NCBI GenBank assembly: GCA_963745235.1 | Contig: CAVUXE010000075.1 | Location: forward strand, 1 to 64,000 | DNA length: 64,000 nt | Reading direction: 5' to 3' | DNA from: an uncultured Spirochaetota bacterium | Lineage (GTDB): Bacteria > Spirochaetota > Spirochaetia > SZUA-6 > Fen-1364 | In this document: positions 20,993 to 30,972 of the stretch, in pieces | How the letters are laid out: each line of letters begins with the position of its first letter | Position numbering within the stretch: position 1 is the first letter of the stretch | Notes under the pieces: model-generated | Told to the model about the DNA's origin: nothing | The model's database searches: none | What the model saw: only the letters and a program-made list of their open reading frames with translations | Position numbers and translations under genes: made by a program

Positions 20993-21056
20993 AAGCGGTC
21001 TATTGGAGAACGACCTATTGAACGGCCGTCAGGGTGCAGGTATTGTGGCGAGAAGC

Positions 21057-21911
21057 ATGCAAAAGACACGCGGCGTGATAGTCACGGGAGCTTCCTCAGG
21101 GATCGGGCTTGAATGTGCCAGGTGGCTGTCCGGCCGCGGGTTTCATGTTTTCGCGGGGGTTCGCCGCCAGGCTGATGGGGATCGCCTTTCCAAGCTTGCT
21201 CCTGAGAACATCACACCCGTTCTCCTTGACGTGACTGATGCCGGATCCATCAAGGCCGCCGTGAAGGCGGTGTCGAAGTGCCCTGAAGGCATTTCTCCGT
21301 GTGCTCTGGTGAACAACGCCGGGATCACCATCGCGGGCCCCCTGGAGCTTCTTCCCATAGACTCATTCAAGAGGCAGATCGATGTGAATCTGACGGGGCA
21401 GCTTGCCGTGACCCAGGCATTCATACCGCTCATGCGGGCGCACCACGGCCGCGTGCTCCTCATGGGCTCCATCCTGGGACGCTTCGCCCTTCCCTTCCTT
21501 GGTCCGTACTCCTGCGCCAAGTTCGCGCTGGAGGCGCTGGCTGAGGCGCTGTGCATGGAGCTCTCCGGTACCGGCGTAGCCGTCTCAATCATCGAGCCCG
21601 GCAACATCGCCACGCCAATCTGGGAAAAGTCCAAGGGGACCGCGCTGGACATCGCGGGGGACATGTCAGCAAGCAAGTGGGACATATATCGGGAGGACGC
21701 CAGGTCCGCCCTCGGGTACATCGAACGGCTTGCGGAAAAGGGCATGCCGCCGTCAAAGGTAGCCAAGGTGATTGAAAAGGCGCTGACGGCAAGGATCCCG
21801 AAGAAGCGATACACGGTGGGTCCGGACTCTGCCTTCCTTGGCCGCGTGCTGCCTTTCTTCCCGCCCGGCCTGCGTCAGGCCATCCTTCGTCGGGCCGTGC
21901 TTCGAAGGTAG
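21057..21911 (+). CDS. Short-chain dehydrogenase/reductase
   Basis: TGASSGIG, NNAG, YSCAK. Confidence 0.92.
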   Translation: MQKTRGVIVTGASSGIGLECARWLSGRGFHVFAGVRRQADGDRLSKLAPENITPVLLDVTDAGSIKAAVKAVSKCPEGISPCALVNNAGITIAGPLELLPIDSFKRQIDVNLTGQLAVTQAFIPLMRAHHGRVLLMGSILGRFALPFLGPYSCAKFALEALAEALCMELSGTGVAVSIIEPGNIATPIWEKSKGTALDIAGDMSASKWDIYREDARSALGYIERLAEKGMPPSKVAKVIEKALTARIPKKRYTVGPDSAFLGRVLPFFPPGLRQAILRRAVLRR

Positions 21912-23155
21912 GTCTCGACCACCCGTACGCCGGCTGAAACGCCGTCTTCAGCCCTGACGGCCTTTGCCAGGCATCTGGCGTTCGAGGCCATCGAGTCGCT
22001 TTCCAGAACCGACCTGATTGCGTTTTCCAGGGAGTCTGCGGTGAGCTCCTTGCGGGGAACTGGTGCCGAGCCGACGCCGAGCACGCAGACCTGCCTGCCC
22101 CAGAAGAACTGGTCAGCAAAGAATGGGACGATGATGCTGGGCGTCCCGGCCTTGAGCACCGCCGCGACAGTGCCCGCGCCGCCATGATGGACCGCCATGG
22201 ATACCCTGGCAAACAACCAGTCGTGCGGAACGAATCCGACGGGGAGAACAGACTTCGGCAGATCTTCGGCGTGCAGCCCGCCCCACCCCGCGGAGAGCAC
22301 TACTCTCTGGCCGGTTCTTCTTGCTGCTTCGAGGATGGTCCGCGTCATGGCGGCCGGGTCACCGCTTGTCATGCTGCCGAAGCCCACGTAGATGGGCGGC
22401 GGCCCCGCTGCCAGGAAATCCGCCAGTGGAGACGGCGGCTGCCATTCTCCGACATCGTCCAGAAACCAGTATCCGCAGACCGCCCGGGTCTGCGGCCATC
22501 GCACGGGCGTGGCAATCACCGAAGGGCTGTATCCGTAAAGGAAAGGCAGACCTTTCCTTTCCATCCGGGACAAAGGCGGCAGAAGAGGCATCCTCCCGAG
22601 CCCCTGGTTCCTGTGGAAGTCTGCCAGGAGAGATCTGCCGAGGCTCCAGAAGAGATCCATTACCGCGGCGCCGCTCAGCCAGTTGACTCCCCGGCCGAGG
22701 GACAAGCCCGGGGTCATGATGGATGGAAACTCCCGCGAAGGATGAAGGGGATACAGCGCCGCCGGTATTCCGGGGATTCGAAGCGCCTCGGACACCGTGT
22801 AGCCGCAGATGGTCAGGGGAAGGCTGAAGATTGCCGCGTCGCTTCCCGCAGCGGCGGCCAGGGCGTCCCGAGAAATCAGGGGGTAGAGGTCTTTCGCCAT
22901 TCTCCTGGCGCTGGAAAGAAAGCGAATGTAGCTGTCCGTGGAGCTGAGCCAGGCTCGGCCTTCCGGACCCTGGACGATATCCATTGGATTACCCGCAATC
23001 AGTGAAAAGCCTAGGCCGCAACGCTTTGCCATTTCACGAAACGTTTCATGGCTCGCCAGGCAGACGGAGTGGCCGGCTCTAGCCAGACCACCTCCAAGCG
23101 CGGCATAGGGCTGAACGTCGCCCTGGGAACCGACTGCAAGAATAGTGATGCGCAT
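21875..23155 (-). CDS. GT1 glycosyltransferase, sterol 3-beta-glucosyltransferase-like
   Basis: GSQGDVQPY, PPIYVGFGSM, VPHDWLF, HHGGAGT, PFFADQFFWG. Confidence 0.9.
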   Translation of the reverse strand: MRITILAVGSQGDVQPYAALGGGLARAGHSVCLASHETFREMAKRCGLGFSLIAGNPMDIVQGPEGRAWLSSTDSYIRFLSSARRMAKDLYPLISRDALAAAAGSDAAIFSLPLTICGYTVSEALRIPGIPAALYPLHPSREFPSIMTPGLSLGRGVNWLSGAAVMDLFWSLGRSLLADFHRNQGLGRMPLLPPLSRMERKGLPFLYGYSPSVIATPVRWPQTRAVCGYWFLDDVGEWQPPSPLADFLAAGPPPIYVGFGSMTSGDPAAMTRTILEAARRTGQRVVLSAGWGGLHAEDLPKSVLPVGFVPHDWLFARVSMAVHHGGAGTVAAVLKAGTPSIIVPFFADQFFWGRQVCVLGVGSAPVPRKELTADSLENAIRSVLESDSMASNARCLAKAVRAEDGVSAGVRVVETYLRSTARRRMA

Positions 23156-23283
23156 GTCAGACCTTACCCTGTTCGCCGGACCGATAATGAGATATAATGG
23201 CAGCCAACGTACCACAGTGGTAACAAAACGCTGGGGAGGGGTCAACAGACAGCCCCAAAAAGACGGTTTGAAATGGAGTACCC

Positions 23284-24324
23284 ATGCGAATTGAATCTAT
23301 CGGCGTCAGTGTGCCATCACGGAAGATTACAAATGACGACATTCTGAGGATGTTGGAAGAGAAAAGTAACGGAATCTCCCCAATCATCCTGAAGACCTAT
23401 CAGCGGATGGTCCGAGGGCTTTTCACAATGGCCGGGTCCGACATCCGCTACGTGAGAGATGACGAAAAGGGAGAAAAAGCCAGTTTCTTCATAATAGATG
23501 CCATGAAGACAGCGCTGGAAAAGGCAAACCTCACTACGAAGGACATCGATCTTCTGATCTACTGCGGCGTCGGAAAGGGCTTCCTGGAGCCCGCCAACGG
23601 GTACTTCTACGCCCAGAAGATGGCAATGACCTGCTCCTGTTTCGATATTGTGGATGCCTGCATGAGCTGGATCAGGGCCCTGGAGATCTCCTACGAGTTT
23701 TTCAAGAGCGGCCGCTACAAGCACGTGATGATCCTCAACGGGGAGTTCAACATCCAGCACGGCTTCCCTGACAATTTCAAGATCAAGAACCTCCGCCAGA
23801 TCGAGTACACGTTCCCCACCTACACCATCGGGGAGGCGGCCACGGCCACCATACTCAGCCCCTCGGAAAGCGAGTGGAAGTTCGCGTACAAGTCGGTCCC
23901 GGCGCTGGCTGACCTTTGCACAATTCCCCTGGACGGCTACGACAACTTCGTGGAGCCGAACAAGAGACTCGGCAAGAACGGCCTGTACAATTTCGTGTCC
24001 TATGGAAAAGAGCTTTTCGATGCCGCCCGTCGTTACCTGGTCCCCGTTGTGCAGGAACTGGTTGCGGACCTCAACGAGCCGGACATCTACTTCCCGCACG
24101 CGGCATCCGATGCCGCGTATCTCACCGCCAGCAGGGACATCTGCCTGCCCCAGGACAAGATGTTCGCCAAGGTGTTCCCGAACTTCGGCAATATCGTATC
24201 AGCCAGCATTCCCATGGGGATGGACATGGCTTTGAAGGAAGGCAAGCTGAAGCGCGGGCACAAGGTGGTGCTGTGCCCTGCAAGCGCCGGGATGGTCTAC
24301 AGCGCAGTCCGCTTCGTGTATTAG
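23284..24324 (+). CDS. 3-oxoacyl-ACP synthase III family (OleA/FabH-like)
   Basis: Catalytic Cys in DACMSW, His in FPHAAS, Asn in FGNIVSASIP. Confidence 0.85.
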   Translation: MRIESIGVSVPSRKITNDDILRMLEEKSNGISPIILKTYQRMVRGLFTMAGSDIRYVRDDEKGEKASFFIIDAMKTALEKANLTTKDIDLLIYCGVGKGFLEPANGYFYAQKMAMTCSCFDIVDACMSWIRALEISYEFFKSGRYKHVMILNGEFNIQHGFPDNFKIKNLRQIEYTFPTYTIGEAATATILSPSESEWKFAYKSVPALADLCTIPLDGYDNFVEPNKRLGKNGLYNFVSYGKELFDAARRYLVPVVQELVADLNEPDIYFPHAASDAAYLTASRDICLPQDKMFAKVFPNFGNIVSASIPMGMDMALKEGKLKRGHKVVLCPASAGMVYSAVRFVY

Positions 24325-24342
24325 CGCCGTCCCCGGGGGGTT

Positions 24343-25068
24343 ATGGGGAAGCTTTACATCATCGCCACGCCAATTGGAAACCTCGAGGATATAACCCTGC
24401 GCGCCCTGCGCGTCCTCGGTGAGATTGACGCGCTGGCGTGCGAAGACACCCGCCGGACGCGCATCCTGTACGCCAAGCACGGCATCAAGAGCCCCCGCAC
24501 AGTCCTTTCCTACAGGGAGAGCACGGAGCAGCATTCAACGTCACGGATCCTGGGCCTTCTTGCGGAAGGCTTGAGCGTCGGGGTGTGCTCGGACGCCGGC
24601 TATCCGGGGATAAGCGATGCGGGCTTCAGGGTAATCCAGCGCGCCCTGGAGGATGGCCACACGGTGGAGGTGCTCCCCGGGGCCGGGGCAGTCGAGCCTG
24701 CTCTCCTCTCCTCGGGCCTCCCGACCTCGAGCTTCACCTTCAAGGGGTTCCCCCCAAGGAAGCCCGGCGTCCGCCGCAGGTTCCTTGAAATGGAAAAAGA
24801 CCTCCCCCATACTCTGGTCTTCTATGAGTCGCCTTTCCGGCTCCATACTCTCCTGGTGGACGCCCGGGAGGTGCTGGGAGACCGCATGGCCGCGGTGAGC
24901 ATCGAGCTGACAAAGCAGTTCGAGAAGACGGTGCGCGGAAGCCTTGGCGAGCTGTGCGGGAAGTTCCAGGACTGGAAGGCGCGCGGTGAGGTCACCGTGG
25001 TGATTGCCGGCAACAATCCGAAGTTCATGGGGGGCGCTGATGGGAAAGCTCTGGGAGAAGACGTATAG
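24343..25068 (+). CDS. rsmI: 16S rRNA C1402 2'-O-methyltransferase
   Basis: LYIIATPIGNLEDIT.RA, CEDTR, SDAG.P.ISD, FYESP.R. Confidence 0.95.
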   Translation: MGKLYIIATPIGNLEDITLRALRVLGEIDALACEDTRRTRILYAKHGIKSPRTVLSYRESTEQHSTSRILGLLAEGLSVGVCSDAGYPGISDAGFRVIQRALEDGHTVEVLPGAGAVEPALLSSGLPTSSFTFKGFPPRKPGVRRRFLEMEKDLPHTLVFYESPFRLHTLLVDAREVLGDRMAAVSIELTKQFEKTVRGSLGELCGKFQDWKARGEVTVVIAGNNPKFMGGADGKALGEDV

Positions 25069-26469
25069 CCTGGATGCCCTGGTAGAGGCCTTCACGGTTT
25101 CTGATGATCCCGTCATTGACGCCCGCCTTGTGAACGCTGACTGCGTGGCCAGCATGGCGCACGCAACCATGCTCGCCTCCATCGGCATCCTGTCGGAGGC
25201 TGATGGAAACGCCCTGGTCAAAGAGCTGGGCGCCATAATCGATCTGAATGACAAGGGCCGCTTCTCCATCCAGAGGTCGGACGAAGATGTCCACACGGCC
25301 ATAGAGAACCACCTGGTGCGCGCCCTGGGAGACGCCGGCAAGCGCATCCACACGGGAAGGTCCCGCAACGACCAGGTGTTGACGGCGCTGCGTCTCTGGA
25401 ACCGTGGGTTCCTCCAATCCTTTCAGCGTGCCTGCCTGGACCTGGTCAACCGGCTGCTGGACCTTGCGCAGGCAAACGAGAAGACTCCCATGCCCGGCCG
25501 CACGCACATGCAGACGGCCATGCCGTCATCCGTCGGGTTGTGGGCGGCCGCGTTCGCCGAAGAGCTTTTGGACGATGTGGCCCTGGCCCGTGCCGCCTTT
25601 GCCATTACGGACTGCTGCCCGCTCGGGTCAGCGGCCAGCTACGGCGTTCCTCTCTCTCTGGATCGGCAGCTCGTATCCGACCTGCTGGGGTTCGCGCGGG
25701 TGCAGAACAACGTGCTGTACGCCAACAACAGCCGCGGAAAGTTCGAGGCAATCGTCCTTGAGGCGGTGGAGCACGTTGCGCTGACTCTTGGCCGGCTTGC
25801 ACAGGACCTCATCCTTTTCTCGTTGCCGGAGCTCGGCTACTTCACCCTGCCGCAGGAGCTGTGCTCCGGCTCCAGCATCATGCCGCAGAAAAGAAACCCC
25901 GACGGCCTGGAGCTCGTGAGGGCGCGGGCCTCTGCCATTGCCGCGGACCTCATGGCAGTAAAGGCGGTGACGCGCTCGCTTCCCAGCGGATACAACAGGG
26001 ATTTCCAGGAGACCAAAGGGCCCTTCTTCCGGGGATGCGAGACGGGGCTCGCTTGCGTCCGGGTGATGGACCTCACCATGGAGAAGCTCGTCGTCAACGG
26101 GGGCCGGCTGCGCGCGGCATTTACTCCTGACATCTTTGCGACCGACAGGGCGTTGGAGATGGTGGCTGAAGGTATTCCTTTCCGTGAGGCCTACCGGAAA
26201 GTAGGGACGGACCTGGCTGCTGTGGCCGGCCGTGACCTCTCGTTGGCCGACCGTGACCCCGTTGAGGCAATCTCGAAAAGAACCTCCCTGGGAGCACCGG
26301 GGAACCTCAGACTGCAGATTCCTCGAGCGGCGGCCGCTGGCTTTGCGGAAGAGCTTTCTCGCATGTCGACGGAAAAGCGAAAGAAGATTGCCGCCCTGGC
26401 GGGCCGCGAAGTGGAGCTGTTCAGGGACCCGCTGGCAGCGGCCACGGGTGGTTCTTCGAGAGTCCGTGA
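25040..26469 (+). CDS. argH: Argininosuccinate lyase; 3' end uncertain (ORF reads through to 26968)
   Basis: EDVH, HTGRSRNDQV, MPGRTH, GSSIMPQKRNPD. Confidence 0.92.
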
Positions 26470-26565
26470 TTTTCTGGCGGCTGGCGGTCGGCGGCTGCCG
26501 CCTCGCGGGCCCTCCCTCTTTGGCCAGGATTGCCCGCGCCCACCCCGAGCCGTATCTTTTATCCC

Positions 26566-27567
26566 ATGGCAAACGGAACAAGTGCTGCTGACATTGCGAC
26601 ACTGGACGCATATTCCCGAGCCGTTGTGGAAGGCGTGGAGAAGGCCAGCCCGGCCGTCGTCCACATCCAGGTGGCCGGTCCGGCCAGGCCGGGAAGTCGG
26701 CGCTGGAACGGCGGTGCTGCCCCGGAAGCGCAAGGCACGGGCTCGGGCTTCATCTTCGCCCCTGACGGCTTCATCCTCACGAACAGCCACGTGGTTCATG
26801 GAGCCACGAGCATGGAGGCTACGCTCGCGGATGGTCGAAGGTTTCCGGCGGAGCTGGTGGGAGACGATCCCGACACTGACCTCGCGGTTGTCCGTGTCTA
26901 TGAGAGCGGGCTCCCCGCGGCCCAGATGGGGGATTCCAGCACTCTGCGCGTTGGGCAGCTCGTCATAGCCATCGGAAATCCGTTGGGCTTCCAGTACACC
27001 GTGACAGCCGGGGTGGTGAGCGCGCTGGGACGCTCCCTGCGGTCCCAATCCGGCCGGCTCATTGACAACGTGATTCAAACGGACGCCGCGCTCAACCCCG
27101 GCAACTCTGGCGGACCGCTGGTCACCTCGCACGGCGAAGTCATTGGCGTGGCCACTGCAATCATCCTGGGGGCCCAGGGGCTGTGCTTTGCAACGCCCAT
27201 CAACACCGCCCAGTACGTGGCGCCGCGCCTTATCAGGGACGGGAGAATTCGAAGGGCGTGGCTGGGCATCGGCGGCCAGAACATCCGGATACCGCCGCAT
27301 GCGGCGCATGTGCTCGGCCTGACGACGGAAAGCGGTGTCCTTGTGATCTCAATAGAAAAAGGGAGTCCCGCGGAGAAGGCGGGATTGAGCGAGCGCGACG
27401 TTATTGTGGCCTTTGACGGCACGCCCATTTCTTCCATAGATGACCTTCACAAGGTGCTCACCGTGGAAAGCATTGGCGTACGGTCGCGCATAGACGTCAT
27501 TCGGCACTCGGAGCGGCTCAGCATCCAGGCCGTGCCCGCGGAGCCGGGAGAACCGCTCAACAACTGA
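26566..27567 (+). CDS. HtrA/DegP-like trypsin protease with PDZ, no signal peptide
   Basis: [29 protein letters not shown]. Confidence 0.92.
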   Translation: MANGTSAADIATLDAYSRAVVEGVEKASPAVVHIQVAGPARPGSRRWNGGAAPEAQGTGSGFIFAPDGFILTNSHVVHGATSMEATLADGRRFPAELVGDDPDTDLAVVRVYESGLPAAQMGDSSTLRVGQLVIAIGNPLGFQYTVTAGVVSALGRSLRSQSGRLIDNVIQTDAALNPGNSGGPLVTSHGEVIGVATAIILGAQGLCFATPINTAQYVAPRLIRDGRIRRAWLGIGGQNIRIPPHAAHVLGLTTESGVLVISIEKGSPAEKAGLSERDVIVAFDGTPISSIDDLHKVLTVESIGVRSRIDVIRHSERLSIQAVPAEPGEPLNN

Positions 27568-27604
27568 CGCGGCTGCGTGGTATAGTCAGACCCAGGGGGC
27601 GTTC

Positions 27605-28489
27605 ATGAAGAGAGCTTTGGGTCTGGTGTCGGCACTTGTCCTCGTGTTCGCCGCATCGGCCTTCGCCCAATCGTACTCGGTCACCTATTCCGACGGCGTT
27701 GTAGAATTGAAGACCACGACCGGATGGACTGCCCTTTCCATTGGAGACTCCGTGCCCGCCAACGCGAGCGTACGCGTTTCCCAAACGGGATCCCTCGAGC
27801 TGACGCGAGCCAAAGCAAAAATCACCATCCTCAAGGACGGCACCTACGACGTTGCCGCTCTTGCCAGCGCCTCGCAGAAAAGTGGCGCAGGCGGCATAGG
27901 GGCCGATATCTCTCAGAAGCTCCAGTCCCTCACCTCAGGCAAGCAAAAGACCGGCACGGTTGGCGGTGTCCGGGCGGCTGAGCAGGGACAGCAGAGTGTG
28001 ACTTGGGCAGAGGAAAGCGATGAGGTCCGTAGCGAGGTGGCCGCCCTGCTTGCCGAAAAGAAGTACCAGGATGCCGTAAAGACCTTGGACAACGCGATCA
28101 ACGATGCCTCCTCTCCGGAGGACGAGCAGGAGTTTACCTACCTCCTGGGCGTTGCATATTACGGGTCCGGCCAGGCCGTCAAAGCGTACCGTGCAATTGC
28201 GAAGGTATCAGCGGATCCCAGCGCGCAGTGGTACGCGAGCTACATCATCCTGAAGTCGCAGCTCCTTGTGGACTCCCTCGACTTTACGGGAGCGCTTGCC
28301 GTTCTGCAGCCCTTCATATCGGCAAATCCGTCCGGAGAGCCCACCCAGGTTGCATACCTCCTCACGTACTACTGCCAGAAGGGTCTGGGCAATATACCAG
28401 CCGCGCGGGCCGCCCTTGACGCCGGCTACCAGATTGACCCGGAAAGCGAGACCGCAAAGCTGATGGACCAGGAGAGAAAAGCGCCATGA
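27605..28489 (+). CDS. Secreted protein with FecR-like N-terminus and TPR-like C-terminus
   Basis: Signal peptide; G.VE.....W..L..GD...VRV...G; TVGGVRA; helical repeats. Confidence 0.55.
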   Translation: MKRALGLVSALVLVFAASAFAQSYSVTYSDGVVELKTTTGWTALSIGDSVPANASVRVSQTGSLELTRAKAKITILKDGTYDVAALASASQKSGAGGIGADISQKLQSLTSGKQKTGTVGGVRAAEQGQQSVTWAEESDEVRSEVAALLAEKKYQDAVKTLDNAINDASSPEDEQEFTYLLGVAYYGSGQAVKAYRAIAKVSADPSAQWYASYIILKSQLLVDSLDFTGALAVLQPFISANPSGEPTQVAYLLTYYCQKGLGNIPAARAALDAGYQIDPESETAKLMDQERKAP

Positions 28490-28860
28490 AACACCAGGTA
28501 AGCACAGAGGGGGCGCCCGCCCCCATTGGCCCCTACTCCCAGGGCATTGTCTGCTCGGGAAGCCTGCTTTTCGTCGCAGGACAGACGGCAAAAGACCCCG
28601 CGTCAGGGGAGATCAAGCCGGACGTCCGCGGGCAGACAGAGCGCTGCCTGGAGAACATCAAGGCCATCGTGGAAAAAGCGGGGGCCAGTCTTGCGGACGT
28701 GGTCAAGGTGAACGCGTACCTCAAGAGCATGGCCACGTTCGCGGAGTTCAACGAAGTCTACGCACGGTTTTTCCCCAAGCCCTATCCGGCGAGAACAACG
28801 GTGGGCGCTGATCTGCCGGCAGGGACCCTTGTGGAGATCGACGCGGTGGTCGCGTTGTAA
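28486..28860 (+). CDS. ridA: RidA/YjgF enamine deaminase
   Basis: APAPIGPYSQ, NEVYA.FF..PYPART.V, VEIDA. Confidence 0.93.
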   Translation: MKHQVSTEGAPAPIGPYSQGIVCSGSLLFVAGQTAKDPASGEIKPDVRGQTERCLENIKAIVEKAGASLADVVKVNAYLKSMATFAEFNEVYARFFPKPYPARTTVGADLPAGTLVEIDAVVAL

Positions 28861-28971
28861 CACGGGGTCAAGCCGCATCGCCGTCCGAAGCCAAGCAACG
28901 GCGGCGTCTACGGTTCCTCTGCCGCACTAGAAGCCGGCCGTCAAGGGATCGGCTTCAACGATGTGTTAGGC
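28855..28971 (-). other. Integron attC-like recombination site
   Basis: Top strand GCCTAAC-ACATC-GTTGAAGCCG ... CGGCTTGAC-CCCGT-GTTACAA; 117 bp; upstream gene's TAA lies in R''; extra base in L''. Confidence 0.8.
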
Positions 28972-29187
28972 GTCAGCTCGTGCGTACTCGTAGACCGGTG
29001 TCTCGACAACCTTGTCGGGCTTCCGCCGGCTCTTGATTAAGATACGAATGTGCTCAACTGTCTCTGGCGCGAAGTATTGCTCTCCCGTGTCCTGAGAAAC
29101 CTTGGCGGGAACATGTTCCACAATATACACCTGTCCGTCATACTCGACGGTGTAGGTGACCTTGGCGTCGACCAATGCCTCCGGCAT
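28966..29187 (-). CDS. YgiT-type antitoxin-like protein (Cys-less variant)
   Basis: VTYT.EYDG..YIVEHVPA.V...TGEQYF.PETV. Confidence 0.82.
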   Translation of the reverse strand: MPEALVDAKVTYTVEYDGQVYIVEHVPAKVSQDTGEQYFAPETVEHIRILIKSRRKPDKVVETPVYEYARADA

Positions 29188-29196
29188 CTGTATCTC

Positions 29197-29445
29197 CTAT
29201 TCGCGCCGGCGGATCCGCATGTCGGTCCACCTGGCGGGATCGGGTTCGTAGACCGTCACGATCTTGACGACCGTTGGGTCGGAGCAGGCGCACTGCACGT
29301 GTAAAGCCCTTCCGGCATCAGTATACCCAAGAATCAGGCAGCTGGGGCCATACTTGTCCTGAGGGTATTCCTCGATCATCTCCGCTTCCCCAAGGAGGGC
29401 CTGTTCCACCTCGACAATGCCGATGTCCCTTGTGATCAGCTGGTC
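29197..29445 (-). pseudogene. DUF4258 toxin-like gene, 5' truncated
   Basis: DQLITRDI..EVEQA...IEEYPQDKYGPSCLILG.T..GR.LHV, TVYEPDP..W; no start codon before the IS. Confidence 0.8.
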
Positions 29446-29498
29446 GGCTTGCGCACTACTATCGGAGTCGGGCTCTGTGCCCCACGAGGAGGAATATC

Positions 29499-30485
29499 AT
29501 GCAAGCAATTTCCGTCGGCTTTGATGCTCACAAACACTACTCTCAACTTGAGCTCCAGGACGCCAGTGGCCAGGTGCTCAATCGAGTTCGCATCGATCAC
29601 TCTCCTGGAGCCATTTCCTCGTTTTTCTCTCGACTGCCAGGTGGAACTCCCGTCGCCTTGGAAAGCGTCGGCAATTGGTACTGGATCGCCGACGAGATCG
29701 AAGCGCAGGTTATCTGCTGACAAACCCCGCCAAGGCAAAGCTCATGATGGGCCACGTCAACAAAACTGATAAGCTCCATGCAAACGGCCTCGCCACTCTT
29801 CTTCGTTTCGGCAGCCTCCCACTGTGTGGCTGCCTCCTGCTGCCTTACGTGACCAGCGTGAGCTTTGGCCAAGTATAACCTCTGTCCCGAAGACGGCTCG
29901 CAGCTATTCAGCAAGAAAGGCAGATCCTGGCTTGACTCTTCCCTCTCACGCCTTCCTCCGGAGACCGGCCGTTGCCTCGCACAGCAAGTCGAGTCGCTCG
30001 ACTTCCTTTCTTTACAAATTGACACCCTTGAGGAACGAATCCATTACCTGATCGCCCTCCCCCCGACGATGCAGCTCCTGAAGAGCCTTCCTGGCGTTGG
30101 GGACATGTTGGCCATCGTCATCGAGCGCGAGGTGGGCACTATCGGCCGCTTTCCCTCGACCCCTCAATTCAGCAGCTACTGCGGCACCACGCCGCGGGTC
30201 AGTTCCAGTGGCGGCAAGACTCGCTATGGAAAATTGAGAACCGAGTCCAATCAGTGTCTCAAATGGGCGTTCATCGAAGCAGCCAACGCCATCTCGGCCC
30301 ACCACGCCCAGCGAGGCTGGACTGCCCGCCATGTCTCGAAACTTTACCTGCGCATCCGCTCTCGCAAAGGATCCTCGGTTGCCATCGGTGCCGTGGCCCG
30401 ACATCTTGCAGAGTCGACATTTTGGGTACTGACAAAAAATGAGCCGTATCGAGAATCCTCGAAGGTCTCACCGAGCCAGGGGTGA
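29499..30485 (+). pseudogene. IS110-family DEDD recombinase, frameshifted and internally deleted
   Basis: GFDAHK, ALES.GNW, KTDKLHA (last Asp is His), LPGVG, SYCGTTP...SSGGK, LKWAFIEAA, AVARHL. Confidence 0.9.
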
Positions 30486-30612
30486 GCACGGACCTAACAT
30501 GTGTCCTTGCGGTACGCGATTTGATTGTGACACCCCTGCTGAAGGTGATCATGCCCCAATGACGGCGCATAGATGTTTCCGGTAGGACGGGCTCAGTTGA
30601 TGTAGGGACAGG
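30486..30612 (+). ncRNA. Candidate bridge/seek RNA in the IS110 right end; boundaries approximate
   Basis: CCTAACAT (30493-30500) is the reverse complement of junction 30658-30665; ATAGATGTT (30569-30577) equals 30654-30662; two hairpin-containing loops. Confidence 0.6.
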
Positions 30613-30660
30613 AGGAGAAAGAAACTGGATTATCTTCAGACGCGAACGCTGTTATAGATG

Positions 30661-30972
30661 TTAGGCAGTCGATCCTCGTCTTGCCGAGCGTCTCGACCCG
30701 GAGAGTGAAGCTCCTCGCGCCGAATCCCTCCAGAAGCCCTGCTGGGTTTCCCCCCGGCCGCCTGCGATGCTGCGTCGAGATTTGCTCAACAGTGAGCGAA
30801 AGCGCGGCGATCGCGAAAGCAGTATGCCCTCGAGGTCGGCATCATCCGCCGGGGCGACAATCACTGCCACAGCCCGACCGTTGCGGGTGATTACGACCGG
30901 GCCGGAGGTCTCGGCCTCCAGCAAGTACGCGCTGAACTTGGCCTTGATCTCGGCCAGAGAAGCAACAGTCAT
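30661..30972 (-). CDS. Phd/YefM antitoxin; stop codon lies in the attC R'' box
   Basis: ASLAEIKAKFSAYL......PVVITRNGRAVAV; ends GCCTAAC. Confidence 0.9.
   Translation of the reverse strand: MTVASLAEIKAKFSAYLLEAETSGPVVITRNGRAVAVIVAPADDADLEGILLSRSPRFRSLLSKSRRSIAGGRGETQQGFWRDSARGASLSGSRRSARRGSTA

Larger units (their letters stand above)
29452..30660 (+). mobile_element. IS110/IS1111-family element inserted in an attC site (TG/CA core at both junctions)
   Basis: Short left end, transposase, ~175-bp right end ending ATAGATG directly before TTAGGC; removal reconstitutes GCCTAAC-AAGCC-GACCAGCTGA on the minus strand. Confidence 0.8.

Noticed and set aside
25004-26968. 654-aa ArgH with a long C-terminal extension
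   Set aside because: The extension overlaps the HtrA gene out of frame; a stop near 26469 was probably lost to an indel.
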